Part shown: positions 9,491 through 18,925 of the stretch, piece after piece | Numbering within the stretch: position 1 is the stretch's first letter | Layout: each line of letters begins with the position of its first letter | NCBI GenBank assembly: GCA_041167105.1 | Contig: JBEEGX010000011.1 | Span: 1 to 41,545 of the forward strand | Direction: 5' to 3' | Length of the DNA: 41,545 nt | DNA from: Verrucomicrobiota bacterium | GTDB taxonomy: Bacteria; Verrucomicrobiota; Verrucomicrobiia; Chthoniobacterales; UBA10450 | Made by a program: the position numbers and the translations under genes | Notes under the pieces: generated by a model | Told to the model about the DNA's origin: nothing | The model's database searches: none | Seen by the model: the letters and a program-made list of their open reading frames with translations, nothing else

Positions 9491-10120
9491 TCAGTAAAAA
9501 TACACGTCTGTGCTGGTCACGCCAAAGCGCGCCGGGCCCACGCTCTCGAAAATTTCGAAGCGCTGGGCGCGGTTCGCATTTCGCAACTGCTGATAACGCC
9601 ACGAATCGTCCACGATGATAATGCCGCCAGGCGCAACCTGCTCTTCCGCGGCGCGAAAACAAATCGGCCGCGCGTTCGGCGTCCATTCATTGCCGTCGAC
9701 CACGATGACATGGGCGCGATTCGGTCGCACTGCGCTCACATAAGTCGATCGTTCGAATTCCTGCTCGTTCGTGAATTTCACCGGCACGTGGCGAAGATCG
9801 ACATGTGCGATGCCGCGGCTGCTGAGTTTACCGGCGACGATGTCGCGCCAGCGCGCGTTATCTTCGATGCTTACTACTGAGCGACAGCGCCGCGCGAAAA
9901 ATAAGGTCGAGCCGCCGCTGCCAAATTCGAAGACGTTCATCTCCGGTCGCAAATAGTTTTCGAGAAAATCGATCGCGGAGTAAGCGAACCACGGCAGCTC
10001 CAGCTCGACCGGTTCGCGGCGACCGATGACATTGTGCGCGAAGTAACGGCCGATGTTGCCCGGGTGCTCGAGCAAATCGCAGGTCAACTTAACCACGCGC
10101 TCCGAATTGGTCAGGTTCAT
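9491..10120 (-). CDS. Putative class I SAM-dependent methyltransferase
   Basis: 209 aa. VFEFGSGGSTLFFA resembles SAM-binding motif I and IIIVDD resembles the post-II acidic strand. Embedded in the operon by an ATGA overlap at 10117-10120. Confidence 0.55.
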   Translation of the reverse strand: MNLTNSERVVKLTCDLLEHPGNIGRYFAHNVIGRREPVELELPWFAYSAIDFLENYLRPEMNVFEFGSGGSTLFFARRCRSVVSIEDNARWRDIVAGKLSSRGIAHVDLRHVPVKFTNEQEFERSTYVSAVRPNRAHVIVVDGNEWTPNARPICFRAAEEQVAPGGIIIVDDSWRYQQLRNANRAQRFEIFESVGPARFGVTSTDVYFY

Positions 10121-11205
10121 TGCGCGAAATCGGCGAGAAATTGATCGGTCACGCGTTCGAGCGAAAGCTCGGCCGCTTTCGCGTGACCCGCATCCGCCAC
10201 GCGCGACATTGCTGCAAGATCGACAATTACCTTTTGCATCTTGTCCGCGAGAACGGCCGACGGATTCGGCACGCGATGATCGAAGACAAATCCGGTCTCG
10301 TCATCGTAAATAAAATCGCGAAAGCAATCGAGCTTCGACACCATCACCGCGCAACGGTGCGTCATGGCTTCGAGTGGCGCGAGTCCGAATGATTCTCCGA
10401 GTTCGGCCAGCGATGGATAAACGAAGAGGCGGGCGGCGAGAAATTTTCGCTCCAGCTCGGCGGGATCGAAAATTGCGCCGGTAAAAATCACGCGCTCGTT
10501 TGCACTTGATTTGAGCGATTCCAAGTAGGACGCGCCGCCGCCGCCGAACTTTTCTTCTGCGGGACCTACGATCATCAATGTCCAATCAGCAAAAACAGTG
10601 CGCGCATTGGCGAAAGCCTCGACTAAAAGATGCACGCCTTTCTCCGGGTGAACGCGGCCGACATACAAAATAATTTTTTCGAGTTGATCGAGCGGTGGCG
10701 GCGGAGATGACGATGTCGATCTTGGCGCGGGATTGGGAATGACGACGACCTTCCCGGCAAGCCGCGGCGCTTCAGCACGAATGGCCTGCGACACCGCTTG
10801 CGTCGGCGCCTGTAATCGCCGCGCGCGAAAATAAAATCGCATTTGTCCTTTCGGGTAACGACCAACGTGCACGTACATGTCGCGGCGAAAAATCGGCAGC
10901 CAGAATGTGTGGGTAATCGTGACATCAGCACGCGGCAGCAGGGACAAAACGCGCAGCGAATAAATGAGATCGAAGAATTTCAAGAGCGCGAGCGAGCCGG
11001 GTGAGTTGAAACCGCGGACACGAAGGTGACGCACGCCTTCGCGCATCTCCTCGCGCGGTAAGTTGTCGATCTTGCGCGAGATCATTACGACTTCGTGACC
11101 GCGCCGCGCGAATTCGCGGCCAAGGTCGTACCAGATTTTTTCGATAGCGCCGCCCATGGTCGGTGGCACCGGAAAAAACGCGCCGAATACAATCGTGATT
11201 TTCAT
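10117..11205 (-). CDS. Glycosyltransferase family 4
   Basis: 362 aa. The N-terminus is MKITIVFGAFFPVPPTMGGAIEKIWYDLGREFARRGHEV. The C-terminal segment has an E-x7-E-like GT-B motif (PSLAELGESFGLAPLEAMTHRCAV). Confidence 0.85.
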   Translation of the reverse strand: MKITIVFGAFFPVPPTMGGAIEKIWYDLGREFARRGHEVVMISRKIDNLPREEMREGVRHLRVRGFNSPGSLALLKFFDLIYSLRVLSLLPRADVTITHTFWLPIFRRDMYVHVGRYPKGQMRFYFRARRLQAPTQAVSQAIRAEAPRLAGKVVVIPNPAPRSTSSSPPPPLDQLEKIILYVGRVHPEKGVHLLVEAFANARTVFADWTLMIVGPAEEKFGGGGASYLESLKSSANERVIFTGAIFDPAELERKFLAARLFVYPSLAELGESFGLAPLEAMTHRCAVMVSKLDCFRDFIYDDETGFVFDHRVPNPSAVLADKMQKVIVDLAAMSRVADAGHAKAAELSLERVTDQFLADFAQ

Positions 11206-12326
11206 TGCAAGATCGACAAGAGCGAATCGACGGCGCGCTCAATGTGAAAACGATTAGCGAAACACTTTTGCGCGTTTGCGCGCATTTCTTCACGGAGCGG
11301 CAGCGGCGCATCGCGCCAGCGCTCGATTAAACGCGTCGTGCCGGTGAGGTCGTCATCTTCGACGAAACCAGCGTGGTCCGCTTCGATCTCGCGCCAGATG
11401 TTGATGCGATTGGAAATCAAAACTGGAACGCCGGCCGCCAGCGCTTCGACCACCGCCATGCCGAAGTTTTCCTGATGCGATGGCAGAATAAAAGCGTCGG
11501 CCGCCGCGAGAGCGCCTTGTTTCATTTCACCTTCGAGCATGCCGGTGAAAATGACGCGTTGCGCAAGATCGACATCGATACGTCGACGCAGCTCGTGTTC
11601 CCAACCAAGTTGATCCGGACCCGCCAGCACCAAAGCGAAATCCGATCCGCGCGGAAACACGTCGAGCAACATGTCGCAACCTTTTTTCGGATGCAGCCGG
11701 CCGAGAAACAGAAGCGTCGGCTTGTTTCGGACCTGCGGGTATTTCGCATAGAAGGTTTCGCGTGCACCTAACGATTCGGGGGGCGGCTCGATTCCTAGCG
11801 GCGATACGCTTTCGTTGCAGCGATACAACCAGAAAGACTCGCGCGCCTGCAGTCGCTCTTCTTCCGAGGTGAAAATGACCGCGGCAGCATCGCGCAAGAC
11901 GCGATACTCAGCCCACGGCCAGTAGAGCCATTTCTTGAGATGTTTGAGCGGGAACGTGCGCTTAAACCACGGATCGAGCATGCCGTGTGGGAAAACGTAA
12001 TAAGGCGTGGAGGATCGATGGAATTGTTGCCAGGTGGCGAAGCTTTGATGTTGCCAGATGCCGTTGACGATGACGCGGTCGAATCCGCCCGCATGTTCGC
12101 GCAACCATTTCGCAAATGCGCCGGAATATCGGTAGCTCGTTAGGCCGTGACCGAGCGCGTGAATGGCAAGATCGACATCTTCATTTGGAAACGCATTCGG
12201 CTCATCCAAAGTGGCGATGTCGATCTTGTGGCCGCGCCGGGCGAGGCCGCGACTGAGCGCGCGCACCGCCGAAGCGACGCCGCCGACCTTCGGGTCGAGC
12301 GTCTGCACGATTTGCAGAATCTTCAA
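11202..12326 (-). CDS. Glycosyltransferase family 4
   Basis: GT-B features: KILQIVQTLDPKVGGVASAVRAL near the N-terminus and FILPSHQENFGMAVVEALAAGVPV near the C-terminus. The ORF track start is 12428; I prefer the TTG at 12326, which forms a TTGA overlap with the upstream stop at 12323. Confidence 0.8.
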   Translation of the reverse strand: MKILQIVQTLDPKVGGVASAVRALSRGLARRGHKIDIATLDEPNAFPNEDVDLAIHALGHGLTSYRYSGAFAKWLREHAGGFDRVIVNGIWQHQSFATWQQFHRSSTPYYVFPHGMLDPWFKRTFPLKHLKKWLYWPWAEYRVLRDAAAVIFTSEEERLQARESFWLYRCNESVSPLGIEPPPESLGARETFYAKYPQVRNKPTLLFLGRLHPKKGCDMLLDVFPRGSDFALVLAGPDQLGWEHELRRRIDVDLAQRVIFTGMLEGEMKQGALAAADAFILPSHQENFGMAVVEALAAGVPVLISNRINIWREIEADHAGFVEDDDLTGTTRLIERWRDAPLPLREEMRANAQKCFANRFHIERAVDSLLSILQ

Positions 12327-13462
12327 AGCGCTAAGTCGGGGCAGAGCTGCCGGTAAATGTGCAGATAGCGCGCGATCATTGTGTCGCGCGAAAATTTCGC
12401 GGCGTTGCGTAAACTTTTCTCGCTCCACACGGCGCGTTCCTGCGAATTTGTCAGGCGAAGCAGATCGGCGGCAAATCCTTCTTCGTCATCGACCGGATGA
12501 TACAAGCCCGCTTCGCCGGCGACCTCGGGCATCGGGCCCGCGTCGCTGCAAATAACGGGACATCCGCACGCTTGCGCTTCGATGATGGGCCAGCCGAATC
12601 CTTCGAACCGCGAAGGAAAAACCAATGCGACGGCGCAGTTGTAAAGCGCGCGCAACGTTGCGCCGTCCGCGTTTTTGATTTCGATGATGCGACCGTGGAG
12701 GCCGAGTGATTTCGCGAGGTCGGTAAGTTCTTGATCGAGTGCGCCGGCAAAAACGAAACGGCCGTTCCACTTATCTTTGACCCGGGCAAAAATTCGCAGG
12801 ACGCCCGCGCGATTTTTCCGGCGCTCATTGGACCCGACGTGAAGCACGAATGGAAGATCGACATCTAAATTCGCGAGCCCGTGCAAGACAGAGCGCGCTT
12901 CATCGGCCGGCAATTTGTGATAATCGAAATTCAAAGCCAGCGGCACGATGTCGATCTTTGTCCGCGGATTCGCTTGCTTAATCAGTCGCTCGGCGTCGAT
13001 GGCGGTGGCTTGCGAAACGCAAACGACCGCATCAGCGCGACGCAAGCCGCGCAGAATCCAACGTTGCAAGAATCGGCCGGTGAATGAAGCGGGACAATCG
13101 GTTTGCTCGCCCATGCCGCCACGCACGGCCAGCAGATCGTGGCAGGTGACAACAAACGGACGCATGCGGCGATGCGGAATGTAGAGCGCGTTCGAGTGAT
13201 CGCAGATGTGGACGATGTGAGCGCGGCGCAAGCGCGGACGCAGAACAAACGGAAACAAAATGTACTTGTCGATGTACGCGAGCCATTTCCCGAGTCCCCG
13301 CGCGCTGAAAATTTTGCCGAGGACCGGTCCCGGCCTAACGAGCTCGGCCTCGACGCCGGCTGCGCGCAGTCCGCCCAGCATCAATTCGCCAAATCCTTGC
13401 ATGCTGTGCTGCTGATCGAGCGCGTAGTTACCGATCAACAGAACCATTGGGATGATCATCAT
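12323..13462 (-). CDS. Glycosyltransferase family 4
   Basis: GT-B C-terminal motif LVFPSRFEGFGWPIIEAQACGCPVICS. The ORF track start at 13639 adds an R-rich leader overlapping the upstream gene; ATG codons at 13462/13459/13447 (MMIIPMVLLIGNY) are more plausible. Confidence 0.8.
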   Translation of the reverse strand: MMIIPMVLLIGNYALDQQHSMQGFGELMLGGLRAAGVEAELVRPGPVLGKIFSARGLGKWLAYIDKYILFPFVLRPRLRRAHIVHICDHSNALYIPHRRMRPFVVTCHDLLAVRGGMGEQTDCPASFTGRFLQRWILRGLRRADAVVCVSQATAIDAERLIKQANPRTKIDIVPLALNFDYHKLPADEARSVLHGLANLDVDLPFVLHVGSNERRKNRAGVLRIFARVKDKWNGRFVFAGALDQELTDLAKSLGLHGRIIEIKNADGATLRALYNCAVALVFPSRFEGFGWPIIEAQACGCPVICSDAGPMPEVAGEAGLYHPVDDEEGFAADLLRLTNSQERAVWSEKSLRNAAKFSRDTMIARYLHIYRQLCPDLAL

Positions 13463-14915
13463 CGGCCGGCGCGTGCAAGCGCGCGGCGAAAACCGAGCGT
13501 CCGACCGGATGCGGTGGCGTGGCGCGGAGTGTTCCTTGCTCATTCTCCGGTTCCCTGTCGTCCATTCGCATTGCCGCAAGGCAAAGACCGGCAAAAATAA
13601 CCGCGAAGCCGGCGCTGGTCGGTTGGCCGAGTGGCGCATTCAACATCGCGAAGGCACCGGCGCTAAAAATAAAAAGCGGCAACGTATTGCCGAGCTTGAG
13701 CGAGCGAAACGAGAGCACGAACAGATGAATCGTGAGAATGACGCGCCAGGCCAGGAAAGCGAGGCCGAGAACCGGACCGTTTTCGAAAATGATGCGCGTC
13801 CATTCGTTTTCCGAAAGCAGGAATGCCGAGTGTCCCATGAGAAATGACGAGCCGCCGTTGGTGCCAACGCCGAGACCCCAACCGGCGAGCGGCGCCTGCG
13901 GCAGATGCGCGAGTCCTTCAACGAAGCCGCTGAAAACGCGCTCTGCCAGACCACCCACTACGCTGCGGTCTTCCACGTCATCTGATTGGGTAAAGCGCTC
14001 CGATAAAATGCCGACGCCTTCGCGGAAGATCGGCACGTGACTCAGCATCCACAAAAGAACCGCCGCGATGAGCAAATTGCGCCCAAGTTTCGGGACGAGG
14101 TCCGGCCTAACGAGCAACATGATCGCGAGCGACGCGACGACCAAGCCGACCGACAACACCGCGCCCCGACTGCCAGATACACCGACGGACACGAGCAGCG
14201 CCGCGCCCGCCGAATACACCAGCCAATTTTTGTATGGGATTTTCGACATGAGCGCGTGCAAATAAAACGCCGCGGTCGCGCTGACGTAAAAGATCGCGCC
14301 GGAAATAAACGAGAACGTGCCGGGTGGACGAATTTTGCCGCCGCTGGTTTGGATTTGCGTCACGCCTTCACCGCCCAGGCCGGCGGTTCGGTTAACGAAC
14401 GCTTCAGGCGATGCGTGAAATTGCCACGCCATCAGGAGCGACATCGGGATGATGCCGAGAATCGTCCACCAACCGATGCGTTTGACGTCGTCGAAATTAA
14501 ACACCACCGGCATGATAAAAATGAGCGGCAGATGCAGAAAATTGCAGCGGAACCCGAAGGTCGTCACCAGCAGCACAATCTTGATCGGGAAATAATCGAG
14601 CAACACCAGAACACCGATGAGCCACGCCAGGACCCCGATGATTCCCGCCGAAATGACGTATGCATTCCAGCGAAACGCGCGCGCCCGAATCGCACAAAGA
14701 TAAATCAGCACCACCACCGGATCGCGCACGATGAGAAGCGCGTTCGACCATTGCGGCACCAGCCATTTGCGCAGCGCGCCTTCGAAGATGAGCAGGATCA
14801 GATAAAAATAAATCAGGCGCCGCGTGAGCGTGACCGCTTTGCTGCGATCGAACGCCGCCGGTAGCAGTGTTGCCGTCTTCGCAAGCGATTGCGTCGCGGT
14901 CGTCATCTGGCGCAC
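13428..14915 (-). CDS. Polytopic membrane protein, Wzy-type polysaccharide polymerase / O-antigen ligase-like
   Basis: 495 aa with about 10-12 hydrophobic segments and a large loop (SERFTQSDDVEDRSVVGGLAERVFSGFVEGLAHLPQAPLAGWGLGVGTNGG), as in Wzy/O-antigen polymerases. Assignment rests on architecture and context. Confidence 0.65.
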   Translation of the reverse strand: MRQMTTATQSLAKTATLLPAAFDRSKAVTLTRRLIYFYLILLIFEGALRKWLVPQWSNALLIVRDPVVVLIYLCAIRARAFRWNAYVISAGIIGVLAWLIGVLVLLDYFPIKIVLLVTTFGFRCNFLHLPLIFIMPVVFNFDDVKRIGWWTILGIIPMSLLMAWQFHASPEAFVNRTAGLGGEGVTQIQTSGGKIRPPGTFSFISGAIFYVSATAAFYLHALMSKIPYKNWLVYSAGAALLVSVGVSGSRGAVLSVGLVVASLAIMLLVRPDLVPKLGRNLLIAAVLLWMLSHVPIFREGVGILSERFTQSDDVEDRSVVGGLAERVFSGFVEGLAHLPQAPLAGWGLGVGTNGGSSFLMGHSAFLLSENEWTRIIFENGPVLGLAFLAWRVILTIHLFVLSFRSLKLGNTLPLFIFSAGAFAMLNAPLGQPTSAGFAVIFAGLCLAAMRMDDREPENEQGTLRATPPHPVGRSVFAARLHAPADDDHPNGSVDR

Positions 14916-14916
14916 C

Positions 14917-16107
14917 TTAGTTTGCGATCACTTCCCGTGCCAGCGCGACGATGCGCTGCCGATAAATCTGCCACGAACACGCGCGCGCCTTGTTTCTCGC
15001 GGCCGCACGCATGGCCGCATGACGTTGTCGATCTTGCATGAGCCACTCCAGTTTTTCGACAATCGCATCCGCGGAACGAATCGGAATCAAAAATCCGTCC
15101 ACACCGTCATCGATCAGGTCCGCGCCGCCCGTGTGCGCGGTCGTGATTACCGGTGTTCCCCGCGCCATCGCTTCGAGAATCACGAGCCCGAATCCTTCAT
15201 GCAACGACGGCAACAAGAGAACATCGTGCGCGGACATTTCCGCGAGCAGTCGATCGTGCGACAACGATGGGATCCAACGATGTCGATCTAACAAAGGCTG
15301 CGCGGGGATTGTTTCGCTTACGCGATGACCGATCAATGTAAGATCGACATGTGGTTGCAAACGCGCGGTCGCGTCGAATACATAACTCAGCCCTTTCGCT
15401 TGCGTCAGCGCGCCGACAAACAAGACGCGCAGTTTTTCGGTCGATGCCGGCGGCGTTTCTTCACTAACGTCCGGCGCGCCGTACGGAATCACGTGGACGC
15501 TCGCGTTCACCAGCGGAAGACTTTCGCGCGCAAAACTACACGCCGTAACGATCACATCCGCGAGCGATAACTCTTCGTCCTTGCGCGCCAGCTTCGCTTC
15601 GCTGTCGCGCAAGCCCAGCAACGTCGGCGCCCATTCCGGTTGCAGCTCAGCTTCTTCGCGTTGCAGCTCGCGCACTTTCCGCCAATGCACAATCGGATAT
15701 TCGTAAATGCATTTCAGGCCGCGGCGTTTCGCTGCGCGAAATGTTTCCAAGGCGCCGGCATCGTATGCGTAGACCGCTTTCAAATCCGCGCGCGAATTCA
15801 GCCGACGCGCAACATGTCGATCTAACGAATCGTAAACAGAGTCGAGGCCGACCGCGCCGAAAACTAAACGCACCCATTCGCGCGACGCGAAACTGCGCGT
15901 GAATGGTTGCAGCTCAGCCGCGAATGAGCGTCGCCGCAATTGATCTTGCACTCGCGGACTCAGTCCCGCGATCCGGTCGAGAAGACTGCCCGGTCGCCAG
16001 TTGATGCAAGTCCAAAATTCATCGAGCAAATTTGCCTCGGCGAACGCGAGCGAAGTTTGGCGAACATTTTGGTTCGCCGTCGGATGTGAGAGCAGAATCT
16101 TACTCAT
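14917..16107 (-). CDS. Glycosyltransferase family 4
   Basis: 396 aa with C-terminal GT-B motif LLLPSLHEGFGLVILEAMARGTPVITTAHTGGADLIDDGVDGFLIP. Confidence 0.8.
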   Translation of the reverse strand: MSKILLSHPTANQNVRQTSLAFAEANLLDEFWTCINWRPGSLLDRIAGLSPRVQDQLRRRSFAAELQPFTRSFASREWVRLVFGAVGLDSVYDSLDRHVARRLNSRADLKAVYAYDAGALETFRAAKRRGLKCIYEYPIVHWRKVRELQREEAELQPEWAPTLLGLRDSEAKLARKDEELSLADVIVTACSFARESLPLVNASVHVIPYGAPDVSEETPPASTEKLRVLFVGALTQAKGLSYVFDATARLQPHVDLTLIGHRVSETIPAQPLLDRHRWIPSLSHDRLLAEMSAHDVLLLPSLHEGFGLVILEAMARGTPVITTAHTGGADLIDDGVDGFLIPIRSADAIVEKLEWLMQDRQRHAAMRAAARNKARACSWQIYRQRIVALAREVIAN

Positions 16108-17095
16108 GACTCACGCGCGAACGGAAAAGATCGACATATGCATTCGCAATCGTCTTCGGATGAAAACGTGCGAGATGCTGCGGCGCATTCGCCCGCAACC
16201 GCTCGCATTCATCAGGTGATTGCAACAATTTCCTCAGAGCATTTGCCAGTGCGGCGACATCGCCATTCGCGACGGTCACGCCACACGGTCCGATCGCTTC
16301 CGGCAAACCGCCGCCGCGCGATCCGACAACGACACAACCACACGCAATTCCCTCAAGCGCGACAACCCCGAATGGTTCGTCGTAACGCGACGGCACGACG
16401 AGAATGCGATGTTGACTCAGAATCTCGGCCACTTCGTTCGCCTGTTTCGGACCAACGAATGTCACTTGCTCGTGCAGCCCGAGTTTCGTCGCGAGATCGC
16501 GGAGCGAGTGTTCCTCCGGTCCGCTGCCGACGATCGTTAGGCGCGCATCGACACGCGTGAGAGCTCTCAGTAAGAGGTCAATCCCCTTTTCGGAAACGAG
16601 TCGACCGACGAACACAAGATGGGCGCGAGGAGTAGATGTCGATCTTACATTGAATGTGCGGGCATCGTACGGATTTGGAATCACGACTGAGCGCGTCTCG
16701 AAACAACTCGCCGCGTATTCGCTGATCGCCACGCTAGGCAGACGATTCACCGTCGCGTGTTTCAATCGCTGGACGAAATCGATCCCGCTCGGCCGCCGGC
16801 AATACGAGCCTTGATGCGTGACGACGACCGGTTTCCGCAGCAACAACGCCGGCCAGAGCGTCCGCAAACTCAAGTTGTTTTGCCAGAATACATCGCACCA
16901 TTTTGTTAGGCGGAACAATTCGGCCGTCGATGATTGCCGCGCAATTCGAAATCGGTCAGCGCTTTCACCCGGCGTTTGCGTCACGACCGCGATCTCGTGG
17001 CCCATTTCAATGAATTCCCGCGCGAGTAAACCGCTCACGGTTTCGATTCCGCCCAAACTCGGCGCAAAGGCGTGCGATGAGATCAGGATTTTCAT
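16100..17095 (-). CDS. Glycosyltransferase family 4
   Basis: 331 aa. N-terminus MKILISSHAFAPSLGGIETVSGLLAREFIEMGHEIAVVT; C-terminal segment LVVPSRYDEPFGVVALEGIACGCVVVGSRGGGLPE. Confidence 0.85.
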   Translation of the reverse strand: MKILISSHAFAPSLGGIETVSGLLAREFIEMGHEIAVVTQTPGESADRFRIARQSSTAELFRLTKWCDVFWQNNLSLRTLWPALLLRKPVVVTHQGSYCRRPSGIDFVQRLKHATVNRLPSVAISEYAASCFETRSVVIPNPYDARTFNVRSTSTPRAHLVFVGRLVSEKGIDLLLRALTRVDARLTIVGSGPEEHSLRDLATKLGLHEQVTFVGPKQANEVAEILSQHRILVVPSRYDEPFGVVALEGIACGCVVVGSRGGGLPEAIGPCGVTVANGDVAALANALRKLLQSPDECERLRANAPQHLARFHPKTIANAYVDLFRSRVSHE

Positions 17096-17931
17096 TCGAA
17101 GCTCGGTGCGCCGAAGCGGCCGGCGAAGTAATCACGCAGAGCGCGCATTCGCATGCGCGCGGTCTGCGGCTGGCGCAATGCATTAATGGCAATAATCACC
17201 GCGCGAAGGAAAGCGGCCGCGGCACCGAAGTAATCGTGCACGAGCAGAACCGAATTGCGCGCGAAGAGATAACTGCGCCACGCGCTCGGGGTTGATGTTC
17301 CGGGATTAGCCACGATCGCGCCCCAGACGAGCGCGACTTTCCACCCGTGCCGCACCGCACGCGCGCCGAGCTCATGTTCGTCGCCGTAGGCAAAATAGCG
17401 TTCGTCGAACAACCCGATCTCGCGGAGACATTCGCGACGCAACAAAAACAATGTCCCGTGCGGCACATCGACGAACTGCGCGGCGCCGCGACTTTGCGCA
17501 AGATCGACATGTACATTCACGCCGTGCAGCGCGGAGAATCGCGGCACAGTCGCGTCGGCATATTGCGGACATGCGATGCCGATGCGCGCGTCGCGCTCCG
17601 CCGCTTCGAGCAACAACGCAACACATTCGGCCGACGGCACCGCGTCATGCGCGCTGATCAAACAAAATTCGCCGCGCGCTTCATCGAGCCATTTGCGCAA
17701 ACCCACATTCAACGCCGGACCCCAGCCATGATTGTGCGACAGCCTAACGATCTCCGCATCGGTTTCGCGTCGTAGCGTTTCGTAGGCGTCCGCAGACGAC
17801 GCGTTATCGAGAATGGTGGTTTGCAAATTCGGACATTCATCGCGCAATGCGCGCACCGTCGCCAGACACGCGCGTTGATTGTTCCAGTGAACGACGAACA
17901 ATGTGACCGGCTCAACGTTGCTTTCGCGCAT
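17092..17931 (-). CDS. Glycosyltransferase family 2
   Basis: 279 aa with a GT-A N-terminus (VTLFVVHWNNQRACLATVRALRDECPNLQTTILDNASSD) and an acidic YGDEHE motif. ATGA overlap at 17092-17095. Confidence 0.8.
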   Translation of the reverse strand: MRESNVEPVTLFVVHWNNQRACLATVRALRDECPNLQTTILDNASSADAYETLRRETDAEIVRLSHNHGWGPALNVGLRKWLDEARGEFCLISAHDAVPSAECVALLLEAAERDARIGIACPQYADATVPRFSALHGVNVHVDLAQSRGAAQFVDVPHGTLFLLRRECLREIGLFDERYFAYGDEHELGARAVRHGWKVALVWGAIVANPGTSTPSAWRSYLFARNSVLLVHDYFGAAAAFLRAVIIAINALRQPQTARMRMRALRDYFAGRFGAPSFE

Positions 17932-18925
17932 GGCAAATCACTTCCTCGCCCGACTCTGGCAAGATCGACAACAACATCGCCGCGAACGCGGTGAAGACTT
18001 TTAACAGGGTGCTGTCGCGCAACGCACCGGTGCGTCCGGCCGTCGCGATGCTCGCGCTTTCCTTGAACATCCATCGAAACGGACGGAACGACGTCCACGT
18101 TTCTACTTCGAAGCCGAGCGGCTCGAGCAATCGACGATACGCGCTCGCGCTCGGAAGAAAGATGTGGCGCGGAGGATCGAGCTCGTACCAGTGCCGCCTG
18201 AAGATGCGCCGCAATGCGCCGCGCGGATTCGGCGAGAGACTAACGATGACGCCGCCGGGTTTTAACCAGCGATGCAAAATGCGGAAGACATTTCGCGGGT
18301 GAAAGAAATGCTCGGTCACGTGCGTCAACGTAATCGCATCGAAATGTTCCGAGGGCAGCTCGATCGATTCGACATTTTCGCGGTGAATGGTCAGGCCGCG
18401 TTTCTCCGCGATCTCGGCGGTCATCGGATCAAACTCGATGCCTTCAACCTGCCAGCCCAATCGTTGCATCCACGCGATGAACGTGCCGTTGCCGCAACCG
18501 ACGTCGAGCAAACGCCCGCCATTTCGCTGGTGCAAATAGCGGACAGCGTAACCGGCTTTGCGCGATAAGAACTGCGCCGCGGCTCGACCAACCGCGAGAC
18601 CGAGCGATGAATCGCCGGATGTCGCGAGCGATTCGTAGCCATAAGTGCGAGCGAGGGCGGCGAACTTCGCCGATGCCAAAAAACCGCGCGCAAGATCGAC
18701 ATCTTCATCTGCATCATCGCGCGTGAGCTTGTAATTTTCCGGGTAAAGCGACGCGACCGCGGTCTCGCATGGACGCGGGTTTAACCAGAGAGAGCCGCAC
18801 GACGGACATTCGGAAAAGAACCAGCGGCCCGGCAAACCGGTGACGTAATCGACGCAATCGCGCAGCGCAGTTTTACCAGCGACATCGCACACGCTGCATC
18901 GCGCAACTTCTTCGGCGGCCATCAT
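17912..18925 (-). CDS. Class I SAM-dependent methyltransferase with N-terminal Cys4 zinc-ribbon
   Basis: 337 aa. CSVCDV...CPSCGSLW forms a zinc ribbon, followed by SAM motif I LLDVGCGNGTFIAWMQRLGWQVEGIE and ITLTHVTEHF. ATGA overlap at 18922-18925. Confidence 0.85.
   Translation of the reverse strand: MMAAEEVARCSVCDVAGKTALRDCVDYVTGLPGRWFFSECPSCGSLWLNPRPCETAVASLYPENYKLTRDDADEDVDLARGFLASAKFAALARTYGYESLATSGDSSLGLAVGRAAAQFLSRKAGYAVRYLHQRNGGRLLDVGCGNGTFIAWMQRLGWQVEGIEFDPMTAEIAEKRGLTIHRENVESIELPSEHFDAITLTHVTEHFFHPRNVFRILHRWLKPGGVIVSLSPNPRGALRRIFRRHWYELDPPRHIFLPSASAYRRLLEPLGFEVETWTSFRPFRWMFKESASIATAGRTGALRDSTLLKVFTAFAAMLLSILPESGEEVICHARKQR

Noticed and set aside
12959-15025. Motif-poor stretches (12959-15025 over the Wzy-like gene, 24450-26259 in wzc, 26723-29010 over wza and the OM barrel, 32633-34694) as possible recently acquired islands.
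   Set aside because: With a mean spacing of about 590 bp, a few roughly 2-kb gaps among 70 intervals are close to what an exponential distribution gives. These stretches still carry the second word (e.g. 13334, 14106, 24685, 25073). I see no compositional break I can support without computation.
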